NCBI GenBank assembly: GCA_964016885.1
Contig: OZ024745.1
Location: forward strand, 90,272,001 to 90,336,000
Direction of reading: 5' to 3'
DNA: 64,000 nucleotides
DNA from: Eledone cirrhosa
Taxonomy: Eukaryota
Both the position numbers and the translations under genes were made by a program. The notes beneath the pieces are model-generated. The model was not told where the DNA came from. It worked only from the letters and a program-made list of their open reading frames with translations, and made no database searches. Shown piece by piece: positions 12,365 through 26,842 of this stretch. The stretch's first letter is position 1, and every line of letters starts with the position of its first letter.

Positions 12365-12914
12365 TAAATTAGACAATTATCAAAGTTGTGTTCAAATCAT
12401 TTAATAGCTGACAATCGTTTCTTCCAAACTCTCATTTGAAGTCATCGGAGCATTATCAATGTTTGTACATGTAATTATCCTCCTATTCAACTGAACAATA
12501 ATATAATAACTTTGCTTATTTCCTTCTCATATATATGATTAACGCATGTGCACTGTCTACACGACTGCATATGTATTGCTAATGTACTCTTTCTCAAAGC
12601 TCCTTTCACAATGCCTCTTTAATTATTAGACTATTCTCTTGTATTATCTGTTTCATGTATTCCACTCTGTGCTTTTAATTGAATTTGAATGTGTGTACAA
12701 TTCTCGTAAAATATATGTCACATCCATTCCACCCTGTAAATACGAAACTGTTGCTCACAACATCAATATATATGTATCTATATTATTGTTCAGTTGAATA
12801 GGAGGTTAATTACATGTACAAACATTGATAATGCTCCGATGACTCCAAATGAAAGTTTGGAAGAAACGATTGTCAGCTATTAAATGATTTGAACACACCT
12901 TTGATAATTGTCTA

Positions 12915-12919
<5 letters not shown>
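12365..12919. mobile_element. Fold-back Penelope derivative: 140-bp inverted arms, 275-bp spacer
   Basis: 12365-12504 versus 12779-12919; spacer has a weak GIY-YIG-like KSTLAIHMQSC on the minus strand. Confidence 0.8.
12833..12877 (+). ncRNA. Type I hammerhead with CCGAUGA core variant; mirror at 12407-12451
   Basis: GCT-CCGATGA-C-TCCAAA-TGAAAG-TTTGGA-A-GAAAC-GATT-GTC-AGC. Confidence 0.7.
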
Positions 12920-12965
<46 letters not shown>

Positions 12966-12967
12966 CA

Positions 12968-13068
12968 TACAGAGTGTCCCCCAAAAATGTATACACACTT
13001 TGATTACCTCTACAGACAATATTTATAAGAATACTGTTGAATCATTATACATTCTTTGGGGTACCCTG
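12968..13068. mobile_element. Tc1/mariner-type MITE, same family as 8474-8575
   Basis: Alignable along its whole length. Confidence 0.7.
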
Positions 13069-13253
13069 CGTGCGTGTATACATATATATATATATAATAC
13101 ACACGCACGTGTGTATGTTAGAACCGTATGCCTAAACAAACATACACAAGTGTGTGTGTGTGTTTAGGCGTACCTTAGTAGGTATTTGTGTTGCTTCTCT
13201 TCGACTGGCTGCAACAAGATATCTGTTGATCATTGTAAAGTGAAATTAGAATC

Positions 13254-13403
13254 TTTAGACTAGTTTCATCAACTACAGGAAGTAACTCTGAAACAAATTG
13301 AAACCAGAGAACGAGAGTGAGTGGTCTGATGTTAAGGGTATTCGGATCTCCCCTCCCTCTTCCTCACTATATAAATGTTTTCATGTTATTAATCTTCAGT
13401 ACA
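13254..13403 (-). ncRNA. Type I hammerhead with about 125-nt stem II
   Basis: TGTA-CTGAAGA-TTAATAACATGAA...TTCCTGTAGTTGA-T-GAAAC-TA-GTC-TAAA, downstream of the PLE fragment at 13690-14160. Confidence 0.55.
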
Positions 13404-13689
13404 TTTTATTTAACTTCAATCCTATTTCTTGGTAAGTCGTTTAACTATTGAGGACAGTCACTGAAAAATACTTCCGGGTTTGAGAACTACTTAATTCATG
13501 TTGCTAATCCAACATTGCAAAGAATAATATTCAGTTGGCGATGGAGGACTAAATCGGTAGAGTGCCTTCCAAATTTAGCTATCTACCTTTTGCATCCGAA
13601 TTCAATTTTGGTTTTCGTCGATAAAATAAAATATCAGGAATCAGAAAAATACTAGGGTCAAGTCTATAGTTAAGAGCGATACATGCTCT

Positions 13690-14160
13690 CTTTGTTTTGT
13701 TTTATGAACATTTTCATAACATGTTCATCCATTTTTCATCTCGGGTGTATTTGGTCCTTGTAATATAGGATACATGTTTTGTGTGTGCTTTACTAGGTAT
13801 CAGTGAGGCAGGATTGAATGGCAAAAATCTACTAATATATTTGGATATCCATTATTAACTAATGTTTGTTTTGCACGTGAAATCTTCCTTTTTAAAGCTT
13901 CTTTGGTGAAAAAAATAGATAAGAATGCGTCAAATAAGAGATTTAACAATAGATATGGTGTTTCTATAGGGATCTCGTTATTTTCGTGCCTGTATAGGCT
14001 TTTAGTTGTGTTTTCTGTAAACAAAAGTGTTATATCTGATCGTTTATCTTTCTTAATCTTTTGAATAATTCCTTAAAAAGGAAGTTGGTATATAACAAAG
14101 AAATAAACTCGATCAGATAACAATAAAAGACTTTCATGTTGAATTTCTTACATTTGTTTT
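13690..14160 (-). mobile_element. Decayed Penelope-like RT C-terminal fragment
   Basis: KISRAKQTLVNNGYPNILVD. Confidence 0.65.
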
Positions 14161-14272
14161 ACAATTTAGCTTAGTTTACAGATTGTGCTTTGAGAGTTCG
14201 TTTTTGCTGGTCGTTTTCTTTGAATAGAAGCCCCAGGTTTTCAAGATTGCCACTTACACACACACACACACA

Positions 14273-14355
<83 letters not shown>

Positions 14356-14925
14356 AATCGCCACCGACAAATGAGAGAAAGTTCTCCGGGAGAGTTAACC
14401 AAAAATCTTTAAAAAATCTCCTCACCGAAGTAAACAAAGAATTTATTAGATATACCAAATCAAATTGTAAAATTATTATATTATAAAATTAAATTAAATT
14501 GTTTAGAACTACAAGTGCAGTCATTCTTTTCTTTTTTTTAAATATATATATATATTTAATGTATAATAAAAAAAATAATTAACAATAATAAAATAAATAT
14601 TATATTGCCTTATCTGACGAACGAACATTATTCTGCCGTCACCGAACTAAAACCCTTTTTTCCCACTACAAGCTGAATATTACATAAAAGAGGGACATCC
14701 CCCCAACTATATAAACCTCAATCTAGTTAGAAAAATATAAAAACAATCTCTTCTCAACATATATATGTATATTAATAACCTTAAATGACCACACCAATAA
14801 TGGAAAGATATGCTGATGAGAATAGGTGCAAATATGCGATAATGAATGTGTCTAAAAGCGACCATAAGTATGTATATATATGTGAAAATGTATATAAATA
14901 AGTAAATATATATATATGTTTGATG

Positions 14926-14963
14926 TGTATAGTTAGATGTAAGTGTATTCATGTATTAAAGTG

Positions 14964-15007
<44 letters not shown>

Positions 15008-15045
15008 CACTTTAATACATGAATACACTTACATCTAACTATACA
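14926..15045. repeat. 120-bp palindrome centred on a (TA)n tract
   Basis: About 40-bp unique arms are exact reverse complements across (TA)n. Confidence 0.9.
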
Positions 15046-15084
15046 TAATATATATATATATATATATATACACTTACATCTAAC

Positions 15085-15128
<44 letters not shown>

Positions 15129-15648
15129 GACTGGAGTATGTATGTATATATGTGTGTGTCAATACGTGTGTATATAAAGATAAGTTGAGTATGAAAATGT
15201 ATACACATGAACGCGTATGTATGTACATGTATATATGTGTGTATATATATATATGTATGCATGTGTATATGTATGTAAGTATGAGCATGTAAGTATGTGA
15301 ATGTGAGTATATGTATTTTGTAGAGGTGTGCATATATGTTTGTGTGTGAATGCGTGGGCGAAAGGATACGTACACTTGAAAGAAAAATTTAAGTCTGAAT
15401 GTTAATTAAGTGCAAACACAAAACCAACCATGCATATCTATACTATCTCTAATCCTTCTATAGATTTAGAAAAAATAACCAATAATATATTCTATAAAAA
15501 TGTCAAAACAACAGATGGGAATCTAATTACTCACTGCCACCAAAAATTCTCACTGCTATCAAAAAACCACTCCCTCAACTATTCTTCTAACAACTTCACC
15601 CCTCCCTCCTAATATTCTCTATAAAAACCAAACAGGTCCTCAGTAAAA

Positions 15649-15769
15649 TTATTCTGATGAAATGACAGTTGATAATAACATTGAAATATTGAATGTCTGC
15701 ATAACTAATACTTTGTAGATAGCAGCTGTTTTCAGGTTATGTAACTGTTATAGAAACAAGTGTCAATAA
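15649..15769 (+). ncRNA. Type I hammerhead, intact core, 92-nt stem II
   Basis: TTATT-CTGATGA-A-ATGACAGTT...AACTGTTAT-A-GAAAC-AAGT-GTC-AATAA; inner helices TAAC/GTTA, TGAAA/TTTCA, GTCTGCA/TGTAGAT. Confidence 0.75.
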
Positions 15770-15812
15770 ATTCCTTTTAACTAAACTGTATCCATTCAAA
15801 TCTTTCTATACG

Positions 15813-15906
<94 letters not shown>

Positions 15907-16102
15907 TGTGGGTGTGTGTGTGTGTGTGCATATATATATATACACATACATACATATATATATATGTGTGTGTGTGTGTAGAAGGTGAGTAATATTGTAG
16001 AACAATAAAACTATGCATATATCAGATAAGTAGCACTCAACAGTTGGTAGAACTGGAGTATATATTAAAGAAGAAATTAAAAGATGTTAAAAAGTTCCAT
16101 AT

Positions 16103-16170
16103 ATTTTATTATGCGCATTTCGAAAACAACATAATCCTGGGACAAAAATTGTGTTCTCATCAGATAAAAT
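16103..16170 (-). ncRNA. Type I hammerhead, intact core, 35-nt stem II
   Basis: ATTTTAT-CTGATGA-GAACACAA...TTGTTTTC-GAAAT-GCGC-ATA-ATAAAAT; 7-bp stem I, palindromic loop III. Confidence 0.8.
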
Positions 16171-16959
16171 AAGGTAACATGATATGAGGCATAATAGCAC
16201 TTGTTTACAGGAAAGTGCTAAGTCTACATATGACAGAAATATAAGAGTAAGAAAAAGATGGGAAAATAGAAGAAAAGGAAAGAAGGAGAAAAAAGAAAAA
16301 GAAAGAGAAGAGAGGAAAAAAGGAAAATGGAAAGAAGGACGAGAGAGAGAGAGAGAGATAGAGAGAGAGACAGAGAGAGAGAGAGACTTTTGATCCGGAG
16401 CGCTGTCAAAATGAAACGAGCTGTAAATAAAGGCTAAAAAGTAAATTGATGAGGTGTATGTGCGAATGTATGTATTCAAATATTAGAGGTCTACAATATA
16501 GAAACTGGGTATATTATTTTATATTATTTTATATTGGGTTTAAATACTAAAAATTGGATTAAGAAGTGTAAAAATGTATTAATAAAATAAAATTAAATTA
16601 AATTAAAATAAGTATAAAAAAGGTTTTTAAAATAAAATAAAATTAAAAAATTAAAATAGTCTATCTATGTCAAAATTAAAAATTTATATTAAAAATCAAT
16701 ATATGTGGGGGTATACTATTTAATTATTATTTTAACATATGACGTCATAATTTGTTTACAAAATCTACGAAGGTTTGAACGAAAATTTAAGGCTATAGAA
16801 AAAAGGTCAAATGCTTAATATATGCTGAGAAAACTAAATTAATACATTGTAGAATATAATGAAATATGTGTAAAAAATATGTGTAAAAAAAAAAATTAAC
16901 CGTTATTCGTCAAATATGTTATAGGACATTAGATATATATATGTGAAAGCTCTTGAAGG

Positions 16960-18891
16960 ATTTATGATTACAAAGACCAAATAAATATGTTCTATTTATT
17001 ATTGAGTTGAAATTCGAGATAATGGTAAATTTTTCAGCTAGACATAAATTACAAACACTAGATATAGAAGCATTGGAGAAGCGTTGTAGATTTTACGCCA
17101 AGAAATTTCGTAATTAATGTTTTTGTCTTTTAAGGACCAAATAAGTTCTGAGGGTGCAGTGCTGGTCCTTTTAAGTGCATATTGAAATGTAGAAGAATGG
17201 TTATAGAATCTTGCTTTAAAAGAGGTAGAAGTAGAGCCAATGTAGGTATAGGTATTGGTACTAGTTACCACTTTACATTCGTATATTAGGTTTTTATCGA
17301 GACAGAAATTACTAAGAGGACAATTAGTTCTAATAGGGCAGTTACATTTACGATTAAGATTATTTACAGAGTTATTGGCAAGTGGCCCAGGATTCGTTAT
17401 ATTAGGAACTGGAGTGGTAGAATTAACTAAAGGAGGTGCTAAAGTTTCCAGATTTACATTACTATTTGATGTATTCCTCAAAGTTACGTTTGACGTCATA
17501 TTTATATTTGTGTTATTTTGGCTAGAGTTTACATTGACGCCGGGCCTCATACTGTTATTATTATGACTCTCATGGTTGGATGCATATGAGATACTATTTA
17601 ATATTTTAGGATTATGTCTTGAGATAATTTTAGAAATGTTAGAAGTAGTGGAATATTAGAATTTAATAGTATGCTTATTGAAAATCTTGCTATATATATG
17701 TGAAGGAGGGAAGCTGTTATATAAAGCCCTCAAAAATAATTTAGTGATATTATTACTGACGGAAAGACAGAAGGGAGCGTTGTACCAAAGGATATTTTTA
17801 TATCTAGGTTTCCTCCTCTTGTTAGTGGTATGATTATTACTAGCTAGATTACTATAGTTACTATAAGCTCTGCCAAGATTAGTTTCCTTAGTATACCTAA
17901 TTTTGTCTGGATATCCAGCCCTAGATAGCGCATTATTATAATAGTTGGCATTAGCTTCGAAGATATCTATATTAGAGCATAAATTAGAGATTCTTCTTTG
18001 TACACTTCTGACTATAGCAGTTTTAACATTATTAGGGTGGTTAGATTTAAAGTTAACGTAATTTAAGTTCTCATTATACTTATGATATGGGTAATATAGG
18101 CCGGTATCTAGATTAAGGGATATATCAAGGAAATTTGTAAATGTATCATTATTCTCGAATTCAATTTTTAAGTTAAGAATCAAGTATATTTTTCTTAATA
18201 ATATTAAAGTTTACTTTGTTACAATTAGAGACAGTAAAAAGAGCATCATCACGATAAATTCCACCGCGAAGTTGAGGAATTTTCCGGTTTAAAGTGTTCA
18301 AGATGAAAATTCCAAGTCGCTCAGTTGAGCTGAATCCGACGAACCCATGGTGATGTCGAAATTGTTGGAAGTATCCGCTCTAGTCCAATATTCATTGTTA
18401 AATTCCAAGATGGTTTCCCTTGTGGTGAGAATGATGTTAATTTCTTCACTAGTAATGTCCGAGTATTTTAACGCATATGAGAGAGAGCCTTCTTTAGGAG
18501 TGAAGGAGAAATAGAAGAGTAATAGCTAGCAATGTCTAACTGTATAAATTTCAGTTTGGTTTTATTATTTAGGTCATTGAACCAGTCTATTACATCAGAT
18601 GAACCCAACCATAAATTTAGTTGAGATTTAAACCTAACCTGTGGGATAATTCTATCCAAGATGGATTTACTAACAACCCCTAGGTCATATTTAGAAGGGG
18701 CAATTAGTCTTACAGGCAAGTCCGTTCGAAAATTTATTTTATATTTCAGACTAATCCTCGGAATTCTTGCGAAGAAGGGTTCTGTTTTTTTCTCAATACC
18801 GAGTTTGGTTATTATCTCATATGCTTCACTATTGATAGAATCAAGATTATCGTACGTAGTTTTACAATACTTTTTTCTGAGTTCTTTAAGG
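16960..18891 (-). pseudogene. Penelope-like RT + GIY-YIG pseudogene (frameshifted, 5'-truncated)
   Basis: KFIQLDIASYYSSI, MGSSDSA, GGIYRDDA, NFLDISL, SNHP, LIYECK...YIGSTSTSFKARFYNH. Confidence 0.92.
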
Positions 18892-18925
<34 letters not shown>

Positions 18926-18941
18926 ACATATATATATATAT

Positions 18942-19454
18942 GTATGTTTTGAAACAGTGAGCAGGTTTGAAATTAGAAAATAGAATAGCTTTCACCGTAT
19001 TTTTGACTAAAGAAATTTTAGCCTGATAATGGAGTTTAGATCCCTCAGATAAATGGAAAAAGATGAGTATAGACGTACATAGGAGTCGAACCCACATCTT
19101 TGGTTATCCAGACCACTATGCTACCATTACACCAACACATCACCCATCTCCTTCCATTCAAATTAGAATCTACATTCTTAGCGAGTATAAATGACAAGTA
19201 AGTATGTTTTTAAACAGTGAGCAGGTTTGAAATTAGAAAATAGAATAGCTTTCACCGTATTTTTGACTAAAGAAATTTTAGCCTGATAATGGAGTTTAGA
19301 TCCCTCAGATAAATGGAAAAAGATGAGTATAGACGTACATAGGAGTCGAACCCACATCTTTGGTTATCCAGACCACTGTGCTACCATTGCACTAACAGAT
19401 CAGCCATCTCCTTCCATTCAAATTAGAAGCTTAGCTATCATAAATGACAAGTAT
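18942..19454 (-). repeat. Tandem duplication (260-bp period), each unit with a tRNA-like Pol III head
   Basis: Minus strand about 19068-19138 and 19328-19398: TGGTGTAATGG A box, TGGT-CTGGATA-ACCA stem-loop, GGTTCGACTCC B box. Confidence 0.7.
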
Positions 19455-19496
19455 GGTTGGAAACTGTGAGTAGAGTGGGTAATAGGAGTAAGTAAG

Positions 19497-19591
19497 ACCC
19501 CGACGGCTGAGCTCAAGCCGTTTCGACGGCTAATTCTGTACTGAATGAAAAATCAGTTCTGGTATTTAAATAGCCGAACTTGTCAAGGGGC
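19497..19591 (-). ncRNA. Degenerate hammerhead with full stem III and extended stem II
   Basis: GCCCC-TTGACAA-GTTCGGCTA...TAGCCGTC-GAAAC-GGCT-TGAGCTC-AGCC-GTC-GGGGT. Confidence 0.6.
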
Positions 19592-19921
19592 AATTCCATA
19601 TATGGTCAAAGAGATAATCACCAGGATTGGTCATCCCACAAGGTAGTAGTAATTCTGCGATGGCAAGTTGGTGGGGGAGGTAGCCAAACCTGCCAGTAGG
19701 AGAAAAGGGGAGAGGGGGCGGAGTAGACCCATTCATGCGTTGGTGGTGCCAGCTACAGCTGGGTGTGAGGTCAAAGAGGACGCTGGGGAGGGGGAGGGGG
19801 GGAGGTCAAAACGGTAAGTAGAACGATGAAAATGTAAAACTGTAAAAGGTACTGAGGGAGAAAAGAAATATAAGCAGAATCTGGTTACTAAGACTTAATT
19901 CTCTCGCTATTGCTAGGCTGC

Positions 19922-20250
19922 AGAAATACATAAATAAGTAAATAAGAAATACATAAATAATATTCCACATAAGTGAATAAGAAATACAAAAATAATATTC
20001 CACATAAGTAAATAAGAAATACATAAAGAATATTCCACATAAGTAAATAAGAAATACATGAATAATATTCCACATAAGTAAATAAGAAATACATAAGTAA
20101 TATTCCACATAAGTAAATAAGAAATACGTAAATAATATTCCACATAAGTAAATAAGAAATACATAAGTAATATTCCACATAAGTAAATAAGAAATACGTA
20201 AATAATATTCCACAAGAAATACATAAATGAGTAAATAAACAAATAAGTGA
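19922..20250. repeat. 35-bp minisatellite, 8-9 copies
   Basis: TATTCCAC recurs every 35 bp from 19961 to 20206. Confidence 0.9.
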
Positions 20251-20275
20251 GTAAAAGGATGGATAGATAGATTTA

Positions 20276-20308
<33 letters not shown>

Positions 20309-20751
20309 GTAGAATAAAAAGAATAAGAAAACAAATGATAATGATAGAAAAAAAACCTAGGTGTGACGGAGATAACGGGACCCTTATGCTGGGTATAAGT
20401 GCGTGTATCATACGGTGACGGGTCAACAGAGGGGGGGGGTCGGAATACTACAGAGACCACCACGAAAAAAATAAATAAATAACGGTTTCTACCCCAAACA
20501 CCGGGCCAGCAACCACCCAGTGCAAGAAAGTAGACTAGTACGAGAATATAATTCAGGGTCCCGCAAAAAAATACTGGTGCTAACTCTAAGGGTACCGCCA
20601 CGAAACAAAATGTCTTATACAAGCTACATGAAAAGTCGTACGAATTAAAAATAAAGAACGGAAAATTAATACAGGAAAAAGGGAGAAAAGGGGAAAAGGG
20701 AAAAAGAAGAAAGAGATACTGGATCGATAAAAAAAAGTGTAAAAGAAGATC

Positions 20752-22528
<1,777 letters not shown>

Positions 22529-22632
22529 ATATGTATATGTATATATATATATGCACATACACGTATATATATATATATATATATATATACGTGTATGTGC
22601 ATATATATATATATACATATACATATACACAC

Positions 22633-22724
<92 letters not shown>

Positions 22725-22851
22725 GTATATATATTTAATATAGAAATGGCTTCTACAGGACTAGAACTGTTTCATAGAGATGTCAACATGAATGGACCTG
22801 TTATTTTTATCTAAAGACATTTTTTCCGATTCCAACCCGCCCTTCTCCTCA

Positions 22852-22883
<32 letters not shown>

Positions 22884-23047
22884 ACAGAGAGAAAAAGACA
22901 ATTATTAGGAAGAAAACTTTTTTTTTTTTTTTTTTAATTTCTCCCTTTTTTCTAGGCTAGAAAATGATTAAAACGAAATATTTTACTTTGTGTGAAGTGT
23001 TAAGGTATTAGTTGATTTATTTATTTATTTATATATTTCATAATTGT

Positions 23048-23085
23048 CTATTCCCGGTTTCAGCATTTTTATGCATTATCAAATG
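23048..23085 (-). ncRNA. Decayed minimal hammerhead
   Basis: TTGATAA-T-GCAT-AAAA-ATGC-T-GAAAC-CG-GGA-ATAG, 3' of the PLE at 23620-24731. Confidence 0.4.
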
Positions 23086-23086
23086 A

Positions 23087-23188
23087 TAATAATTGTTTCT
23101 ACTTTAGGCACAAGGCCAGCAATCACCCAGTGCATTACTGGTACTTTATTTTATCGACCCCGTAAGGATGAAAGGCAAAGTCAACCTC
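23087..23188 (-). mobile_element. SINE family 1, 3' fragment
   Basis: Matches 7401-7596. Confidence 0.8.
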
Positions 23189-23619
23189 ATGTATTGGTGT
23201 AGAATGGTGGTGTTGGACATGTTAAAGAAATGGTGCAGAAAGAATAATGTTATTTACAAACAAGGTTTATGAAGTGAAAAGAAAAAAGAAAAAAAGGGGC
23301 GTAATGTGGAGCATAATAAGTGAATGTGAAAGAAAAGAAAAATGTTATTTATAGGCTTAGTTCTTGAAGATAAGCAGATCAAAATGTGTTAATATAGCAA
23401 GAGTGCTTAGTTAATCCATGATGTAGGCAATGGTGGACTGGGGTTTGATATGATTTCCCTTTTTAGAGAGTTAATATGCAGGGGAGGTAATTCATGCTGG
23501 GTGATATTTAATTTATTTAAGAAAAAGGATTATATAGGGTGAGGGAGGTAACTCTTTAGAGAGACATAGGTATTTATAAATGTTTGATTGTTCGTTCCAG
23601 TTTTAGTTTAGTCCGAAGT

Positions 23620-24731
23620 TTAGTGCATTAAGTAGAGGTTGGAATTTGTTAATGAAATACGTTTCCTTATTGGTACGATGGATGAAAGTACCGTTGTCGA
23701 TGAATTTGTAAATGGGGAAAATTTTTAAGTTTGGATGTTGGTTGGGTGCACAATTGGCGATATGTTCACTAAATGCAATCTTTCTGTATTCCTATATTTT
23801 GAATTGTGATTTATGGACGGTCATACGTTGTTGGAGGCTGGTTTTTGTCTGTCCTATGTAGTCTTCTTGACAACCTGAGCAGGTCAAAACATAGATTAGC
23901 TTTTCAGATGCACATGTAAAGTTGTGTTTAACTGTGAAATGTTGTCCTTGTTTAAAATGGAATGTTGAACCTTCTATTAGATTTATGCATATGCCACAGT
24001 TGGGCCTTCCGCATGTTGTTACTGTAGGGTTTATTGTGAGGGTTTGTTGGATTTTGGCTTGTGTGAGGATGTTTTTTATGGATTTAGGTCGTCTTTTGCT
24101 CTTTATGATGTTGTGTGTTTGGAGGATTTTGTTCATTCTTGGGTCTCTTTATAGTAAAGGAATGTTCTGGATGATGGTGTCGAATGCCTCATTGTTGAGG
24201 GGTTGTGTGTGGAGATGTTTGGTAGAGTTTTCTGTTGCGGTTCATTCCTGGGTTTGGGGTGTCTGAGTTCCTGGATGTCGAGTTTTAGGGCACGCTGGAA
24301 TCCATTGTTGATTAGGGATGGTGGGTAGTTTCTGCTGATAAGTGTGTTTTTTAATTCTTCTAGTCGTGTGTAGCATGTGTATTTATCTATTGTGCAGATC
24401 CTTCTGGCTAGGTTATAAGGAATTGCCATTTCGGTGTGTCTAGGGTGGCCTGAGTTGAATGGAAGGTATTATGTGGAGTCTGTGGGTTTGTAGTATATGT
24501 CTGTTTCTATTTTGTTGTTTGTCTTGATGAGGATGTCGAAGAAAGGGAGGTGTTCATGGCTGTAATCCATTGTGAATTGTAAGTTAGTGTTGAGTCCATT
24601 CAGAAGGGTGTTAAACTCAATCAGTCTATCTATACTTTCATACCAGAGAATGAAGCAGTCGTCCAGATATCTCTGCCAGTTCTTTTCTATGTGTTGGTAG
24701 AAGTGGTTGGTGTATTTGTCTAGAACTTTGC
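23620..24731 (-). pseudogene. Penelope-like RT + GIY-YIG pseudogene of a different lineage
   Basis: WQRYLDDCF, LPFFDI, YYKPTDS, IPYNLARRI, LIYVLTCSGCQEDYIGQTK. Confidence 0.9.
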
Positions 24732-24763
24732 ATATATATATATATATATTTATATGTGTGTAG

Positions 24764-24811
<48 letters not shown>

Positions 24812-24820
24812 TTTATTTTT

Positions 24821-25543
<723 letters not shown>

Positions 25544-25658
25544 TTTTCATTTGTGCCTATATACAAATAGTTATATTATACCATAGCTATAATCAAATAG
25601 TTATATTATACTATAGCTATGTTTGTGTGTGTATGTGTGTATGTATGTGTGCATGGGG

Positions 25659-25768
<110 letters not shown>

Positions 25769-26554
25769 TGCAAACTCTATTTCGAGTGATTGCATCGCTT
25801 AATACTTAATCATGAGCATCACAGACGTGGTTTTTTAGTCCTCAACAATACCTTGCATCGCAAAAAATGTCACATATCAAGCGATGCAAGTGTCTTGAAG
25901 CTTTTTTTAAGTGAGGAAAGGCTTTCTACGCGGCTAATACCACTCTCTAAACATCAAATGCCCAAAAAGAAGAACTGGTCTACATGACTGGATGCAAACG
26001 AAGTCGCAGGTTTTATATCAGAGAGACCTCCTAAAGAGATGTCCTAATGAAGACTAGGACTCTCTCGCTGCACACAAAAAAGTGATAAATAAAAAACTGT
26101 GCGTGGTCGGGTCGCCGGTGACAAAATGGCAATCCCACCAAGCTTGCTTGGTGAGGAGGAAGATTTTGGAAACCCTGCGGGATGAAAAACCAAACTCGTC
26201 AAAAGGCCGATGAACCGATATCCCTCTGTTCATGATGGGAACGATAACAATGTAGCATTGAAGAGATGATTTCAACGAGATCAGCTGGTGAGAATTAATT
26301 AGGAACTATCTTAGACTTGTGTTTTATTTTCATTTTTCAATACACATGCATTTATATAATTACATATATATATACATTACACACACATATATATATAGAG
26401 AGAGAGAGAGGGAGAGAGAGAGAGAGAGACAGATATATATATATATATATACATATATACATATAGGAACGATCGACTTCCGTCAAATCGGACCGAGGGA
26501 ACAATGTTTCCGTTGGTCTTTCCAATTACTAATACTATCTATCGGTCGCAACTC

Positions 26555-26683
26555 CAGGTAGAAGGAACAACATGAAATAAAGTGTCTTGCTCAGGGACAT
26601 AACGCATCGCCTGGTCCAGGAATCGAACTCACAACCTTACGATTGCGAATCCGATTCTCTAACCACTCAGCCACACGCCTTCA
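26555..26683 (-). mobile_element. tRNA-derived SINE family 2, 5' part
   Basis: TGGCTGAGTGG A box, GAGTTCGATTCC B box, then CCCTGAGCAAGACACTT (CORE/V-SINE-like motif). Confidence 0.75.
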
Positions 26684-26842
26684 CAAATATACATATACAG
26701 ATATATATATATGTATATATATATACATATGTTATATATATACATATATTTATACATATGTTTTATATATATATATTTATACATATTTCGTTTCTGAATT
26801 TGTTTAGCAAGATTCTTTATCTGAAATCGTGTGTTGAAACCG

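Noticed and set aside
14614-14650. Hammerhead at CTGACGA
   Set aside because: No convincing GAAA-NUH half or stems.
15654-15693. Short hammerhead using the first GAAA (AATG/CATT stem)
   Set aside because: It lacks a valid NUH site; the long fold is supported by the paralog at 61-177.
19068-19138. Functional tRNA-Ser(GGA)
   Set aside because: Poor acceptor stem, no long variable arm and an atypical anticodon; treated as a repeat-borne Pol III head.
19806-20622. Hydrophobic membrane-protein ORFs
   Set aside because: Produced by the 35-bp minisatellite and T-rich sequence.
25958-26300. Tc1-like transposase N-terminus
   Set aside because: Only vague similarity, many stops and no TIR found.
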